From positions 26,002,704 through 26,066,703 of the forward strand of contig CM074521.1 of the NCBI GenBank assembly GCA_037379345.1: DNA of 64,000 nucleotides, in the 5' to 3' direction. Below the pieces are notes generated by a model. It was given only the letters and a program-made list of their open reading frames with translations. It was not told where the DNA came from and did no database searches. Position numbers and translations under genes: made by a program. This DNA comes from Perna viridis. Lineage: Eukaryota. Positions 1 to 13,500 of this stretch are shown piece by piece. The stretch's first letter is position 1; each line of letters opens with the position of its first letter.

Positions 1-337
1 CTAGAATGTTAGATTAGCAACAATTTCAACTGCTTTTAAATGGATATGTAGATTTTATGTTAATTGAAAAAAAAAACTACAAATAAACAACAAAAACACA
101 TACAACATGAGAAAGAATTGGTGAGACGAGTAGCAGTAAGTTCAAAAAGACAACAATCACATAAACAACAAAACAAATTAAAAAGTTTCAAATCTCCATA
201 AAAATGACAAAAAAACTCATTGAGGAATAACATTTATGAGGAGCTGTACTTGGCTTCTCTTTGACATGTATGCCTGTTTAGTTTGGGCAAAATATTTTTG
301 AAATGTTCTCAATCTGCTGATGAAAAAAATCACTTAC

Positions 338-1501
338 CCGTTGATTGTGTTATTAAAGATGTTGTTCCTGTAGGTGTTTGACCAGTTGGTGGGGTAGTAG
401 CTGATGTTGTAGCAGAAACAGTAGCAGTTGTGGTCAGACTAACAGTTGTTGTAGGTGGAGCAGTAGTACCTGATGTAGTCTGGCTGGCTGTTGAACCAGT
501 TGTAGTACCTTGTGTGGTTGGTGGTGCAGTGGTACCTGATGTAGTCTGACTAACTGTTGTACCAGATGTAGTACCTTGTGTGGTTGGTGATGCAGGAGTT
601 CCTGATGTGGTCTGACTAGCTGTTGTTCCAGAAGTAGTTCCTTGTGTAGTTGGTGAAGCAGTGGTACCCGATGTGGTCTGACTAGCTGTTGTTCCAGATG
701 TAGAACTTTGTGTGGTAGTAGGAGGAGGTGTGGTTGGTGGAGCAGTGGTACCTGATGTAGTCTGACTAGCTGTTGTGCCAGATGTAGAACTTTGTGTGGT
801 AGTAGGAGGAGTGGTTCGTGGAGCAGTGGTACCTGATGTGGTTTGACTAGCTGTTGTGCCAGAAGTAGTTCCTTGTGTAGTTAGTGAAGCAGTGGTACCC
901 GATGTGGTCTGACTAGCTGTTGTGCCAGATGTAGAACTTTGTGTGGTAGTAGGAGGAGGAGTGGTTGGTGGAGCAGTGGTACCTGATGTGGTTTGACTAG
1001 CTGTTGTGCCAGAAGTAGTTCCTTGTGTAGTTGGTGAAGCAGTGGTACCCGATGTGGTCTGACTAGCTGTTGTGCCAGATGTAGAACTTTGTGTGGTAGT
1101 AGGAGGAGGAGTGGTTCGTGGAGCAGTGGTACCTGATGTGGTTTGACTAGCTGTTGTGCCAGAAGTAGTTCCTTGTGTAGTTGGTGAAGCAGTGGTACCC
1201 GATGTGGTCTGACTGGCTGTTGTGCCAGTTGTAGAACTTTGTGTGGTAGAACTTGGAGGAGTGGTTGGTGGAGCAGTGGTACCTGATGTAGTCAGACTAG
1301 CTGTTGTTCCAGAAGTAGTTCCTTGTGTAGTTTGTGGAGCAGTAGTTCCTGATGTGGTCTGACTAGCTGTTGTACCTGATGTAGAACCTGTAGTTGTTGT
1401 AACAGAGGTTGTACCTTGTGTGGTCGGAGGAGCAGTGGTACCAGATGTTGTCTCGCTAACTGTTGCAGTTGTGGTTCCTACAGTTGTTGTTGAAGGTGTA
1501 C
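338..1501 (-). CDS. PTS mucin exon (1164 nt, phase 1-1)
   Basis: TTTTAAG|GTACACCT acceptor and ACGG|GTAAGT donor; TTQGTTSGTTASQ/TTPPPPTTTQSST repeats; length divisible by 3. Confidence 0.85.
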
Positions 1502-4500
1502 CTTAAAAATGATGGTAAATTAAAGTAACTGACTTGGAGAGTAAAAAGAATAAATAAACTATTGTCATTTATAACAATAATTTCATCAGGTGAATTTGAA
1601 AAGAAAAAAATACATAGTTCAACACCAATATTTATAATTAATACGACAGTAGAACTGCCAAATTGTCAAAAAATTAAAAATGGGCTTCTTTCTTTTTTAA
1701 CTACAAGGTTGTATTAACAATCCTTATGTTTGGTTAATACTATGAACTACTTGACCTAATAACCAACAAGAAAATTGGTATTTAACCAGTAGTAAATACA
1801 GTAATGTCTTTGTTTCTTCATAAAGCCAAACAATCAAGCAAGGTTTCAACAAAATCCCATTTAGGGAGGATAATGATTTTTGATGTGCCAAATTATGAAA
1901 AAAAATATCTACTTTTTTTAAACATTGAACAATTGCAAAAGAACCTATACTGATTTTATCAAATAATGCTTTTACTGCAAGAAATAAAGTAAAAACATTT
2001 AAACAAATTATCCTCAATGCAGTCTCAGTTTTTCTTAATGCAACTTACTGAAATGGATTTGTGCATCTTACATTAAACCTTAATAAAATTTGTACAAATG
2101 ACAAATAAAAAAAAAACGTAAGCTGTATTTTCAGCTGTTACAACATTTACAAATCAATACTACATTATACTGTATCGCTTCTATTCACTTTCCATTAATT
2201 TCATCACGAAATTAAAAACTTTGCAGCTGTTTATTTTTATTTTGACATATGGGCCACGTGCTAAAAAAAAAAAAAAAATTTGTCAAAAAACGTCTTGATA
2301 TAATAGGCTTTTATGATTGGAATATTCGGATAGAATCTCCTGCTAAAAGAAATGCAATAAAATCAAGTGTGTTTGTCTAATTTGGCAGACTTTACACACT
2401 TTGCTCCATTTTGCATCCATGTTTCCATGTTATGCGTTGATGTTCTGCCAAAAACGTTTAGTTGGCAAATCAACATACATTTTAAAACAAAAAATATTAG
2501 AGACTATACATACTGATTCGAATAGTTTATTTGAAGGGTCGAATTTGATATAACAGCAGATACCCATTTGTATTTGCATTAAAAAGGAGTTATTACCTGT
2601 TGTAAAGCATGCTCTAACTTCAACATCTAATGAGTAATCCTTTGTTGCATCTTTCTTGCTCAGCACTTCAATAACTATTCCAACAGCACGTGTGTTAAAA
2701 TCAAATATGACTTCTTCATCCCCATTGAATACCTATTTATTAAGATGACATGTAAGTAAATATAAACGTAGACAACTTCCTTATAAATAATAATATACAC
2801 TTTAGTGTACAAAACACTATAATATACACTTTAGTGTACAAAACAATATAATATACACTTTAGTGTACAAAACACTATAATACACACTTTAGTGTACAAA
2901 ACACTACAATATTGCACATTTATTTAAATCTTTATCACAATGGAAAACTGTATTGGTCGAGCAGACATGCTGCAATTTTTTAATATGGGTACAATAAGGA
3001 TAAGTACATGTAATGTACACTATACTGTATTATAACCTATTTATTATACAGCTATCATTGAAAATATAAAGAGAGTAATTGCCTTGACATCTGTTTTAAA
3101 CAGTTATTAACGTCAACAAGCCAGTTTGTATGATCAATTTTGTTTGGACGGAAAAAACTCAAATCCAAAATGAAACTTCCAGCTATACCAAAACAGAAAG
3201 GTACAGAATGGTCATGTGACCTTAATAAAAGTTTTCCATAGTTTAAAGACATTTTTATTGACTTTGTAACAACTTACATTAAAATCATTACTGAAAAGTA
3301 TTATTTTCCGTTTATTCCACTACTAATTTATTGTGTAAGCTTTGAAAAATGTCATCACATTTCGTCAATGTGATAGACTTTGTAAGTATGACAACCCCAT
3401 ATATATTTGAAAAAAAATTGCTCTCTTCGTTCAAAATGTTTGAACAACAAAATGTTCATCACATTAACATGGACATTTGAGAGAGATGTCAGAATGATTA
3501 AGTGTTTTTTTTTTGGTTAACTTTTAATTTAAAACAGCACATTCTGTCTTAAGTTAATAAAATCGTTCATTTTAATACTTGCCTGACCATTTTTGTATTC
3601 AACTGGAGGTTTGCCTTCTTCGATAACCAACGAAATTGTAAAAGTTCCAACATTATTATCTTCTGGGTGCAAAAATTTAGTAGAACCAAGTTCTGTTTCT
3701 GTTTCAAATCCTATTTCTATTTTGACAGTATTAGTTGTTACAATCAGAGGTTCAGATTCAATTCCTGAGTCTGGACGCAATGCTTCACTATTTTTATTTC
3801 CATTGACTATCACAACTGGTGTAAAAACTGGATTCTGCATACCCTCATCATTGGTACAAACATTGGACACAGGTGTGGTTGTTTGCACTTTAATGTAAAA
3901 GAAACAAAATAAGATTATCATACCGGTTAACCTAAGGAACGTGTTATATTGTGGGATATTGTCCAAAATTGACCCTGTCTTGTGTGAGATATTAATTTAC
4001 CAAATTTTGTATGTAAGATTTCAATTATTTAGAACATTTTTCACAGATAATATAGTAATTTTAAGAAAAAAATATTCTACAAATCTTATATTTATATGTA
4101 AAAGATTCTGAAGTTTTCATTGATTTTGTCCACCTAAAGATGGAGGGTTAACAGACAGGGAATAGGTTCGATAATTGGTTGTAGTAACATGACCATTATA
4201 GAGTCTATCAAACACGCATGCACACACAAGCACTAGATTTTTTTGCCATCATTTGCCAGCTCATGAAAAAAAAATAATCAGACAAAAAACAAACAAAAAT
4301 AACCAAAAAACAAAAAAACAAAACAAAACAAAAAAAAAAACCCAAACAATTTTCAATGCATTTTTTATTTTCCACGTAAGATTAAACATTTTAGAAAAAT
4401 AGTTCTCGTCTTTATTTCTGATGATAATTTATGCTCTTTGGGCAGTTCTGAATTTAAATTTTATTTCAACATAAAAATAATGCATTTCTTGAAAAAGAGT

Positions 4501-7500
4501 GGATATAAAAGCTGAAAGAAAACAATCTTCATACGTATTATCACAAGTAGTTGGTCTTTGATAGCAGAATAAGATTTGCAAAACTAGAGAAAAATAAGCC
4601 TCTATTTACTATGTGAGATATAATTAACATGCAATAAACATTATTAAAGAAGATTCAAACTATTGATCAAACATTGACTAAAAATAGTAAAAAAATCTCG
4701 AAACGGTAATGCCATATTAAATTTCCCAAATGTATTTTTTAAATCGATTGGGCAAATTAAAATCTCATATACTGATTAAAGATTAGAATCATGATACCAA
4801 CTCATATATGAAAAAAATCCTTGAATAGATATAAATGTAACTCGTACGAAATAGTTTTTTACATGAAAATATGATATATATATATATATATATCTAAAGT
4901 AAGAATGACCTCGACTTCTTTAAAATCTTTTGCATACAAAAATAACAAGCAAATAAATATTGTAAAACATGGTATGCTGTACATCACTTTCAAGGAGTAA
5001 CCTCTTATCAGTAGCTTAAAAACCAAAATATAAGAGTTCAAGACCAAAAAATAACTTAAAACCATATCGAGTAAATATGAAAATAGGAACATAAATTCAG
5101 CATCGAGAATTAATTCAACTGTAAGTAAAACGAAGAAACCTCGATATTTTATGGTTATTGTATCATGTGCTATTGCAAATAATGTATAAAGATATAATTC
5201 AAGTCAGACAAGTCTGACTAATGACCTAAATTATACAGGGGTTATTTATTCTGTTCACCAATAATACTCCATAATGCAAAGTTGTTCTGTTGACATGCAA
5301 TACACAACTCTCTAGTAAGGAAATTAACAGACAAAATAAAATTTCAAATCCGTGTGTTTTTTTTCTCTAAACACGGAAATACATTCAATCAAACTTTCAT
5401 CTTCAGAATATGTTGACCTGAAGTTAAAACTTGAGGTCGTACCTTGAGTAGTTGATGGAACAGTTGTACCTGTTGCAGTTTGACTGATAGTTGTTCCAGA
5501 AGTAGTGCCCTGTGTGGTTGGTGGAGCCGGAGTACCTGATGTAGTTAGGCTAACTGTGGTTCCAGATGTAGTACCTTGTGTGGTTGGAGGAGCAGAAGTA
5601 CCTGAAACTGTCTGGCTAACTGTACTTCCTGATGTTGTACCCTGAGTGGTTGGTGAAGCAGGAGTACTTAAAGTGGTCTGACTTGCTGTTGTACCAGCAG
5701 TGGTACCTGATGTAGTCTGGCTTGCTGTTGTACCAGATGTAGTACCTTGTGTGGTTGATGGAGCAGGAGTACCTGATGTAGTCTGGCTGGCTGTTGAAAC
5801 AGATGAGGTACCTTGAGTGGTTGGTGGAGCAGTGGTACCTGAAGTCGTCTGACCAGCAGTTGTTCCAGCAGTTATACCTGATGTGGTTTGGCTGGCTGTT
5901 GTACCAGATGTAGTACCTTGTGTTGTTGGTGGAGCAGTTGTACCTGGTGTTGTCTGACTGGCAGTTGATCCAGAGGTAGTCTGACTAGTGGTTGATCCTG
6001 TTGGAGGTGCAGTTGGAGTTGTTTGTCCTGTTGTTGACTCTAAAGAAATTAATATTCAGTTATGCATGAACATTTTCAGGCCATTTCAAGATGCAATTTG
6101 TGCACGACATCTCAGAAACAACTTTGATTTCAAACTATATTATCCGGCACAATGAACACAATATTCATAATAACTTTGTGACAATTTACCTGTTGACTGT
6201 GTTGGTACAGTGACTGTGACTGTCGGCGTTTGACCAGTTACTGGAGTCGTAGCAGAGGTAGTGCCTGGTGTGGACTGACTTGCTGTTGTACCAGATGTAG
6301 TACCTTGTGTGGTTGGTGGAGCAGGAGTACCAGAAGTCGTCTGACTAGCTGTTGTTCCAGCAGTGGTACCTAATGTGGTTTGACTTGCTGTTGTACCAGA
6401 TGTAGTACTTTGTGTGGCTGATGGAGAAGTGGTACCTGATGTGGTCTGACTAGCAGTTGTGCCTGAAGTTGTCAGACTAGTCGTTGTTCCAGATGTAGTA
6501 CTTTGTGTGGTTGGTGAAGCAGGAGTACCTGATGTGGTCTGCCTAGCTGTTGTTCCAGATGTAGTACCTTGTGTGGTTGGTGGAGAAGTGGTACCTGATG
6601 TGGTCTGACCAGCTGTTGTTCCAGCAGTGGTACCTAATGTAGTTTGGCTCGCTGTTGTACCAGATGTAGTACTTTGTGTGGTTGGTGGAGAAGTGGTACC
6701 TGATGTGGTCTGACTAGCAGTTGTGCCTGAAGTGGTTCTTGAAGTTGTCAGACTAGTCGTTATTCCAGATGTAGTACTCTGTGTGGTTGGTGGAGCAGTG
6801 GTACTTGATGTGGTCTGACTAGCAGGTGTTCCAGCAGTGGTACCTAATGTGGTTTGGCTGGCTGTTGTAGCAGATGTAGTACTTTGTGTTGTTGGTGGAG
6901 CAGTTGTACCTGATGTGGTCTGGCTGATGGTTGATCCAGGAGTGGTTTGGCTAATGGTTGATCCTGTTGGAAATGAAGGTGGAGTTGTTTGTCCTGTTGT
7001 TAATTCTAATGAAATTAATATGCAGATTTGGCACTGTTTATTAATGTTTGAACAATCAAATGGCCTAGATTCAATTGCCTAATGTAAGAGTAAAAAAAAT
7101 CAGAAACTGTAAAAGAATCAAAAACGTAAATCACATGACTTTTAAAAAAATAAAAAAAACAGAAGAAAGAACAACTTTTGTTATATTGATTGTGCTCTAA
7201 CACAAGAAATGGTCTTCAGGTGTATCGAAGGAAAAACATTGTATTTTTACAGCCTTCCCAGCTTCTAAACAAACAAAACACAAGTCAAAAAACACACACC
7301 AACACTTGGAGAAAAAACTGCTTCCGACTAATACTGACTTAAATTTAAGATGGTGATATTAAGTTAAACGGGCACGATAGACATTGTTAAATGCGACAAA
7401 ATCTATATTTTAACACTTTCCATTAATAAACCTGAGTGCTAAAGCAAAATACTAAGAATGCTGAAAAGTAGCTCCTGAATATCAAAATATGGGGAAAATT

Positions 7501-10500
7501 GTTTATTTTACAACTGATTGAAAAGTTATAATTTTGCAATAACTTAACTAAGTCATGAATGAATATTTTTTCTGCCAATTTTATTTCCCTTTTGGTGGAT
7601 TTAAATATCATATAGACACATACGATATTATCATATGAACACATAATGTCTAAAAAGATTTCAAGGAGTAATTAATGCTTTTAACACAGATCTACAACTT
7701 TGATTTTATTCAACATAATTTACAAAATGTTCACAATAAATTTATGACAACTTACCTGTTGATTGTGTTTCTGATGTTGTCTGAATAGCCGTTGTTCCAG
7801 ATGTAGTACCTTGTGTGGTTGATGGAGCAGGAGTACTTGATGTAGTTTGGCTGACCGTTGTACCAGGTGTAGTACCTTGCGTGGTTGGTGGAGCAGTGGT
7901 ACCGGAGGTTGTCTGACTAGAAGTTGTACCTGAAGTGGTTCCTGATGTGGTTTGGCTGGCTGTAGTACCAGATGTTGTGCCTTGCGTGGTTGGTGGAGCA
8001 GTGGTTCCTGATGTTGTCTGACTGGCTGTTGTACCAGTAGTGGTTCCTGATGTGGTTTGGCTGGCTGTCGTACCAGATGTAATGCCTTGCGTGGTTGGTG
8101 GAGCAGTGGTACCGGAGGTTGTCTGACTAGAAGTTGTACCTGTAGTGGTTCCCGATGTGCTTTGGCTCACTGTTGTACCAGATGTAGTGCCTTGGGTGGT
8201 TGGTGGAGCAGTGGTACCAGACGTTGTCTGACTGGTAGTTGTTTCGGTTGGAGGTGCAGGAGTTGTTTGTCCTGTTGTTGATTCTAAAGAAAAAAATATT
8301 CATATTTTGAACTATAAATAAGTGTTTGAACAATCATTTCGCCCAGATTCAAATGCCTTGTGTGAGAACGAAAATAAAACAAAAAGAAAATCAAATGGCT
8401 TTTTAAAAACAAAAAAAACAAAACAAAAAAAACCCGATTTTTGTAGGTTTTGATTGTGGTCTAAGTTTAGTTTAAGTTGGAGATGTTAGGTTACACAATT
8501 AAGAAATAGAGTACGTGACGAATTCTATATTTTAACATATTTTCTATCCATTACCAAACCTGGGTGCTAAAGCAAAATACTGAATATACTATTAAGTCAC
8601 TCTTGAATATCAACCAAAATATGAGAAAAATATTTGTTTACCAGATGGTTGAATCATTTATATTTCTGCAACAACTTAATTATGTCATGTATGAACATAT
8701 TTCCGCCAGTTTTATTTCACAGTTTAAGACAATTAACCTGCTGATCGTGTTGGTACAATAACTGTTACTGTAAGCATTTGACCAGTTACTGGAGTTGTAA
8801 CAGAGGTGGTGCCGGAAATTTAATAAAAACTAAGTTTCAATTTAACATTTAAATTAAATTGAAAACAAAGCAGTAAGCTAAAGTACCTGTAGATTGTGTT
8901 CCAATTGTAGTAGTTCCTGTGGGTGTTTGGCCAGTTGGTGGAGCAGTGGTGCCAGATGTTGTCTGACTTACTGTTGTAACAGATGTAGTTACTTGAGTAG
9001 TTGATGGTGGAGCAGGGCTACCAGAAGTTGTCTGGCTAACTGTTGTACCAGTAGTGGTTCCTGATGTGGTTTGGCTGGCTGTCGTACCAGATGTAGTGCC
9101 TTGCGTGGTTGATGGAACAGTGGTACCGGAAGTTGTCTGACTAGAAGTTGTACCAGTAGTGGTTTCCAATGTGCTTTGGCTCACTGTCGTACCAGATGTA
9201 GTGCCTTGCGTGGTTGGTGGAGCAGGGGTACCAGACGTTGTCTGACTAGCAGTTGTACCAGTAGTGGTTCCTGATGTGGTTTGGCTGGCTGTTGTACCAG
9301 ATGTAGTGCCTTGCGTGGTTGGTGGAGCAGTGGTACCGGTGGTTGTCTGACTAGAAGTTGTACCTGTAGTGGTTCCCGATGTGCTTTGGCTGGCTGTCGT
9401 ACCAGATGTAGTGCCTTGGGTGGTTGGTGGAGCAGTGGTACCAGACGTTGTCTGACTAGCAGTTGTACCAGTAGTGGTTCCTGATGTGGTTTGGCTGGCT
9501 GTCGTACCAGATGTTGTGCCTTGCGTGGTTGGTGGAGCAGTGGTACCGGTGGTTGTCTGACTAGAAGTTGTACCTGTAGTGGTTTGGCTCACTGTCGTAA
9601 CAGATGTTGTGCCTTGGGTGGTTGGTGGAGTAGTGGTACCGGAGGTTGTCTGACTAGTTGTACCAGTAGTGGTTCCTGATGTGGTTTGGCTGGCTGTTGT
9701 ACCAGATGTAGTGCCTTGCGTGGTTGGTGGAGCAGTGGTACCAGACGTTGTCTGACTAGCAGTTGTACCAGTAGTGGTTCCTGATGTGGTTTGGCTGGCT
9801 GTCGTACCAGATGTGGTGCCTTGCGTGGTTGGTGGAGCAGTGGTACCGGAGGTTGTCTGACTAGAAGTTGTACCTGTAGTGGTTCCCGATGTGCTTTGGC
9901 TCACTGTTGTACCAGATGTAGTGCCTTGGGTGGTTGGTGGAGCAGTGGTACCAGACGTTGTCTGACTGGTAGTTGTTTCGGTTGGAGGTGCAGGAGTTGT
10001 TTGTCCTGTTGTTGATTCTAAAGAAAAAAATATTCAGATTTTAAACTATAAATAAATGTTTGAACAATTATTTCGCCCAAATTCAAATGCCTTGTGTGAG
10101 AACGAAAATAAAACAAAAAGAAAATCAAATGTTTTTTTAAAAACAAACAAAAAACAAAAAAAAACAAAACAAAAAAAACCCCCGATTTTTGTAGGTTTTG
10201 ATTGTGGTCTAAGTTTAGTTTAAGTTGGAGATGTTAGGTTCAACAATTAAGAAATAGAGTACGTGACGAATTCTATATTTTAACATATTTTCTATCCATT
10301 ATCAAACCTGGGTGCTAAAGCAAAATATTGAATATACTATTAAGTCGCTCTTGAATATCAACCAAAGTATGAGAAAAATATTTGTTTACCAGATGGTTGA
10401 ATCATTTATATTTCTGCAACAACTTAATTATGTCATGTATGAACATTTTTCCGCCAATTTTATTTCACAGTTTAAGACAATTAACCTGCTGATCGTGTTG

Positions 10501-13500
10501 GTACAATAACTGTTACTGTAAGCATTTGACCAGTTACTGGAGTTGTAACAGAGGTGGAACCGGAAATTTAATAAAAACTAAGTTTCAATTTAACATTTAA
10601 ATTAAATTGAAAACAAAGCAGTAAGCTAAAGTACCTGTAGATTGTGTTCCAATTGTAGTAGTTCCTGTGGGTGTTTGGCCAGTTGGTGGAGCAGTGGTGC
10701 CAGATGTTGTCTGACTTACTGTTGTAACAGATGTAGTTACTTGAGTAGTTGATGGTGGAGCAGGGCTACCAGAAGTTGTCTGGCTAACTGTTGTACCAGT
10801 AGTGGTTCCTGATGTGGTTTGGCTGGCTGTTGTACCAGATGTAGTGCCTTGCGTGGTTGGTGGAGCAGTGGTACCAGACGTTGTCTGACTAGCAGTTGTA
10901 CCAGTAGTGGTTCCTGATGTGGTTTGGCTGGCTGTTGTACCAGATGTAGTGCCTTGCGTGGTTGGTGGAGCAGTGGTACCAGACGTTGTCTGACTAGCAG
11001 TTGTACCAGTAGTGGTTCCTGATGTGGTTTGGCTGGCTGTCGTACCAGATGTGGTGCCTTGCGTGGTTGGTGGAGCAGTGGTACCGGACGTTGTCTGACT
11101 AGAAGTTGTACCTGTAGTGGTTCCCGATGTGCTTTGGCTCACTGTTGTACCAGATGTAGTGCCTTGGGTGGTTGGTGGAGCAGTGGTACCAGACGTTGTC
11201 TGACTGGTAGTTGTTTCGGTTGGAGGTGCAGGAGTTGTTTGTCCTGTTGTTGATTCTAAAGAAAAAAATATTCAGATTTTAAACTATAAATAAATGTTTG
11301 AACAATTATTTCGCCCAAATTCAAATGCCTTGTGTGAGAACGAAAATAAAACAAAAAGAAAATCAAATGTTTTTTTAAAAACAAACAAAAAACAAAAAAA
11401 AACAAAACAAAAAAAAACCCCGATTTTTGTAGGTTTTGATTGTGGTCTAAGTTTAGTTTAAGTTGGAGATGTTAGGTTACACAATTAAGAAATAGAGTAC
11501 GTGACGAATTCTATATTTTAACATATTTTCTATCCATTATCAAACCTGGGTGCTAAAGCAAAATATTGAATATACTATTAAGTCGCTCTTGAATATCAAC
11601 CAAAGTATGAGAAAAATATTTGTTTACCAGATGGTTGAATCATTTATATTTCTGCAACAACTTAATTATGTCATGTATGAACATTTTTCCGCCAATTTTA
11701 TTTCACAGTTTAAGACAATTAACCTGCTGATCGTGTTGGTACAATAACTGTTACTGTAAGCATTTGACCAGTTACTGGAGTTGTAACAGAGGTGGAACCG
11801 GAAATTTAATAAAAACTAAGTTTCAATTTAACATTTAAATTAAATTGAAAACAAAGCAGTAAGCTAAAGTACCTGTAGATTGTGTTCCAATTGTAGTAGT
11901 TCCTGTGGGTGTTTGGCCAGTTGGTGGAGCAGTGGTGCCAGATGTTGTCTGACTTACTGTTGTAACAGATGTAGTTACTTGAGTAGTTGATGGTGGAGCA
12001 GGGCTACCAGAAGTTGTCTGGCTAACTGTTGTACCAGTAGTGGTTCCTGATGTGGTTTGGCTGGCTGTCGTACCAGATGTAGTGCCTTGGGTGGTTGGTG
12101 GAGCAGTGGTACCGGACGTTGTCTGACTAGAAGTTGTACCTGTAGTGGTTCCCGATGTGCTTTGGCTCACTGTCGTACCAGATGTAGTGCCTTGGGTGGT
12201 TGGTGGAGCAGTGGTACCAGACGTTGTCTGACTAGCAGTTGTACCAGTAGTGGTTCCTGATGTGGTTTGGCTTGCTGTCGTACCAGATGTAGTGCCTTGG
12301 GTGGTTGGTGGCATAGTGGTACCGGAAGTTGTCTGACTAGAAGTTGTACCTGTAGTGGTTCCCGATGTGCTTTGGCTTACTGTCGTACCAGATGTAGTGC
12401 CTTGAGTGGTTGGTGGAGCAGTGGTACCAGACGTTGTCTGACTAGCAGTTGTACCGGTAGTTGTTCCTGATGTGGTTTGACTTACAGTTGTACCAGAAGT
12501 AGTAACTGGTGTGGTTGGTGGAGCAGTGGTACCTGATGTTGTACCTTGTGTGGTAGGTGGAGTAGTAGTACCTAATGTTGTTTGGCTTGCTGTTGTCTGT
12601 GTGGTTTCTGAGGGAGTACTGACCGAGGATGGTGGGGCTGGTGGAGGTGGTGTTGTACTTAGCGTTGTTCCTTGAAATATTGTTTATGATTAACTTTAAA
12701 GTTTAGCTCACCCTGCATCTTATAAATTTTTACATATCATTATTATTTGGCTTATTATTTTGTCAAAATATATTTTTGTTTTCAGAAGATGATTGATTGT
12801 GATTCCCTTTCTTCTTAAAAAGATTTAAAAGAAGGAATGCATTCATGGGATTTGTTTTGACTTAACTTTAAAATCCAGAATACATAAAAGTTTTCAATGA
12901 AAAGTCAAATAATGTACATTTTACCAGTTTCTTGTACTATAAACAAAGTAAATATGCTAATCAAACAGACTATTTTAGAAGATCAAAATTTTGCAATCAG
13001 TAGTCTAAAAACAATGACATCATATTTAATTGGCAGGGTATTCACCAACCCAGCACTCGGACTTGTATGATCTGAATTATATATCATATACTATATACCA
13101 AAAATTCCTATCTCATAAACCAATACCTGCTTCATTCTTTGTTTATTGTATTACACACGGGGCTACACTATTGTAGCTCCTTTGACCTAAATTGATTTCT
13201 TGGATTTGCTTGATTTTTATTTGTACTGCTTCCTACTTCGACAGTTTCGTATCTGGGTACCGTTCATATAAAATTTATTTTTAAATCATGACCTTCCTTA
13301 TTATTAAATTCTAATGTTGCTGATGAAATATTACTCCCGTAAAACATGTGTAGAGCATACCAAAATTTGCAATATTTATACAACTGTTTTTTTTTTTTTT
13401 TGCATTTATTTCAATTTGTACTGTACAAATATCTATTTATTCTAGTTTCTATCTTCATATCTGTTTCAATTATGACGCATGTAATACCCTGAAAGAGCGC

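Larger units (their letters stand above)
7756..12670. repeat. Exon+intron tandem array 1 (three near-identical ~600-bp introns; exons differ in repeat number)
   Basis: Introns 8284-8886, 10018-10634 and 11256-11872 are near-identical. Confidence 0.9.

Noticed and set aside
8057-12470. Cys/Trp-rich plus-strand ORFs (MAGCRTRC...)
   Set aside because: Alternative-frame shadows of the PTS repeats, not toxins or metallothioneins.
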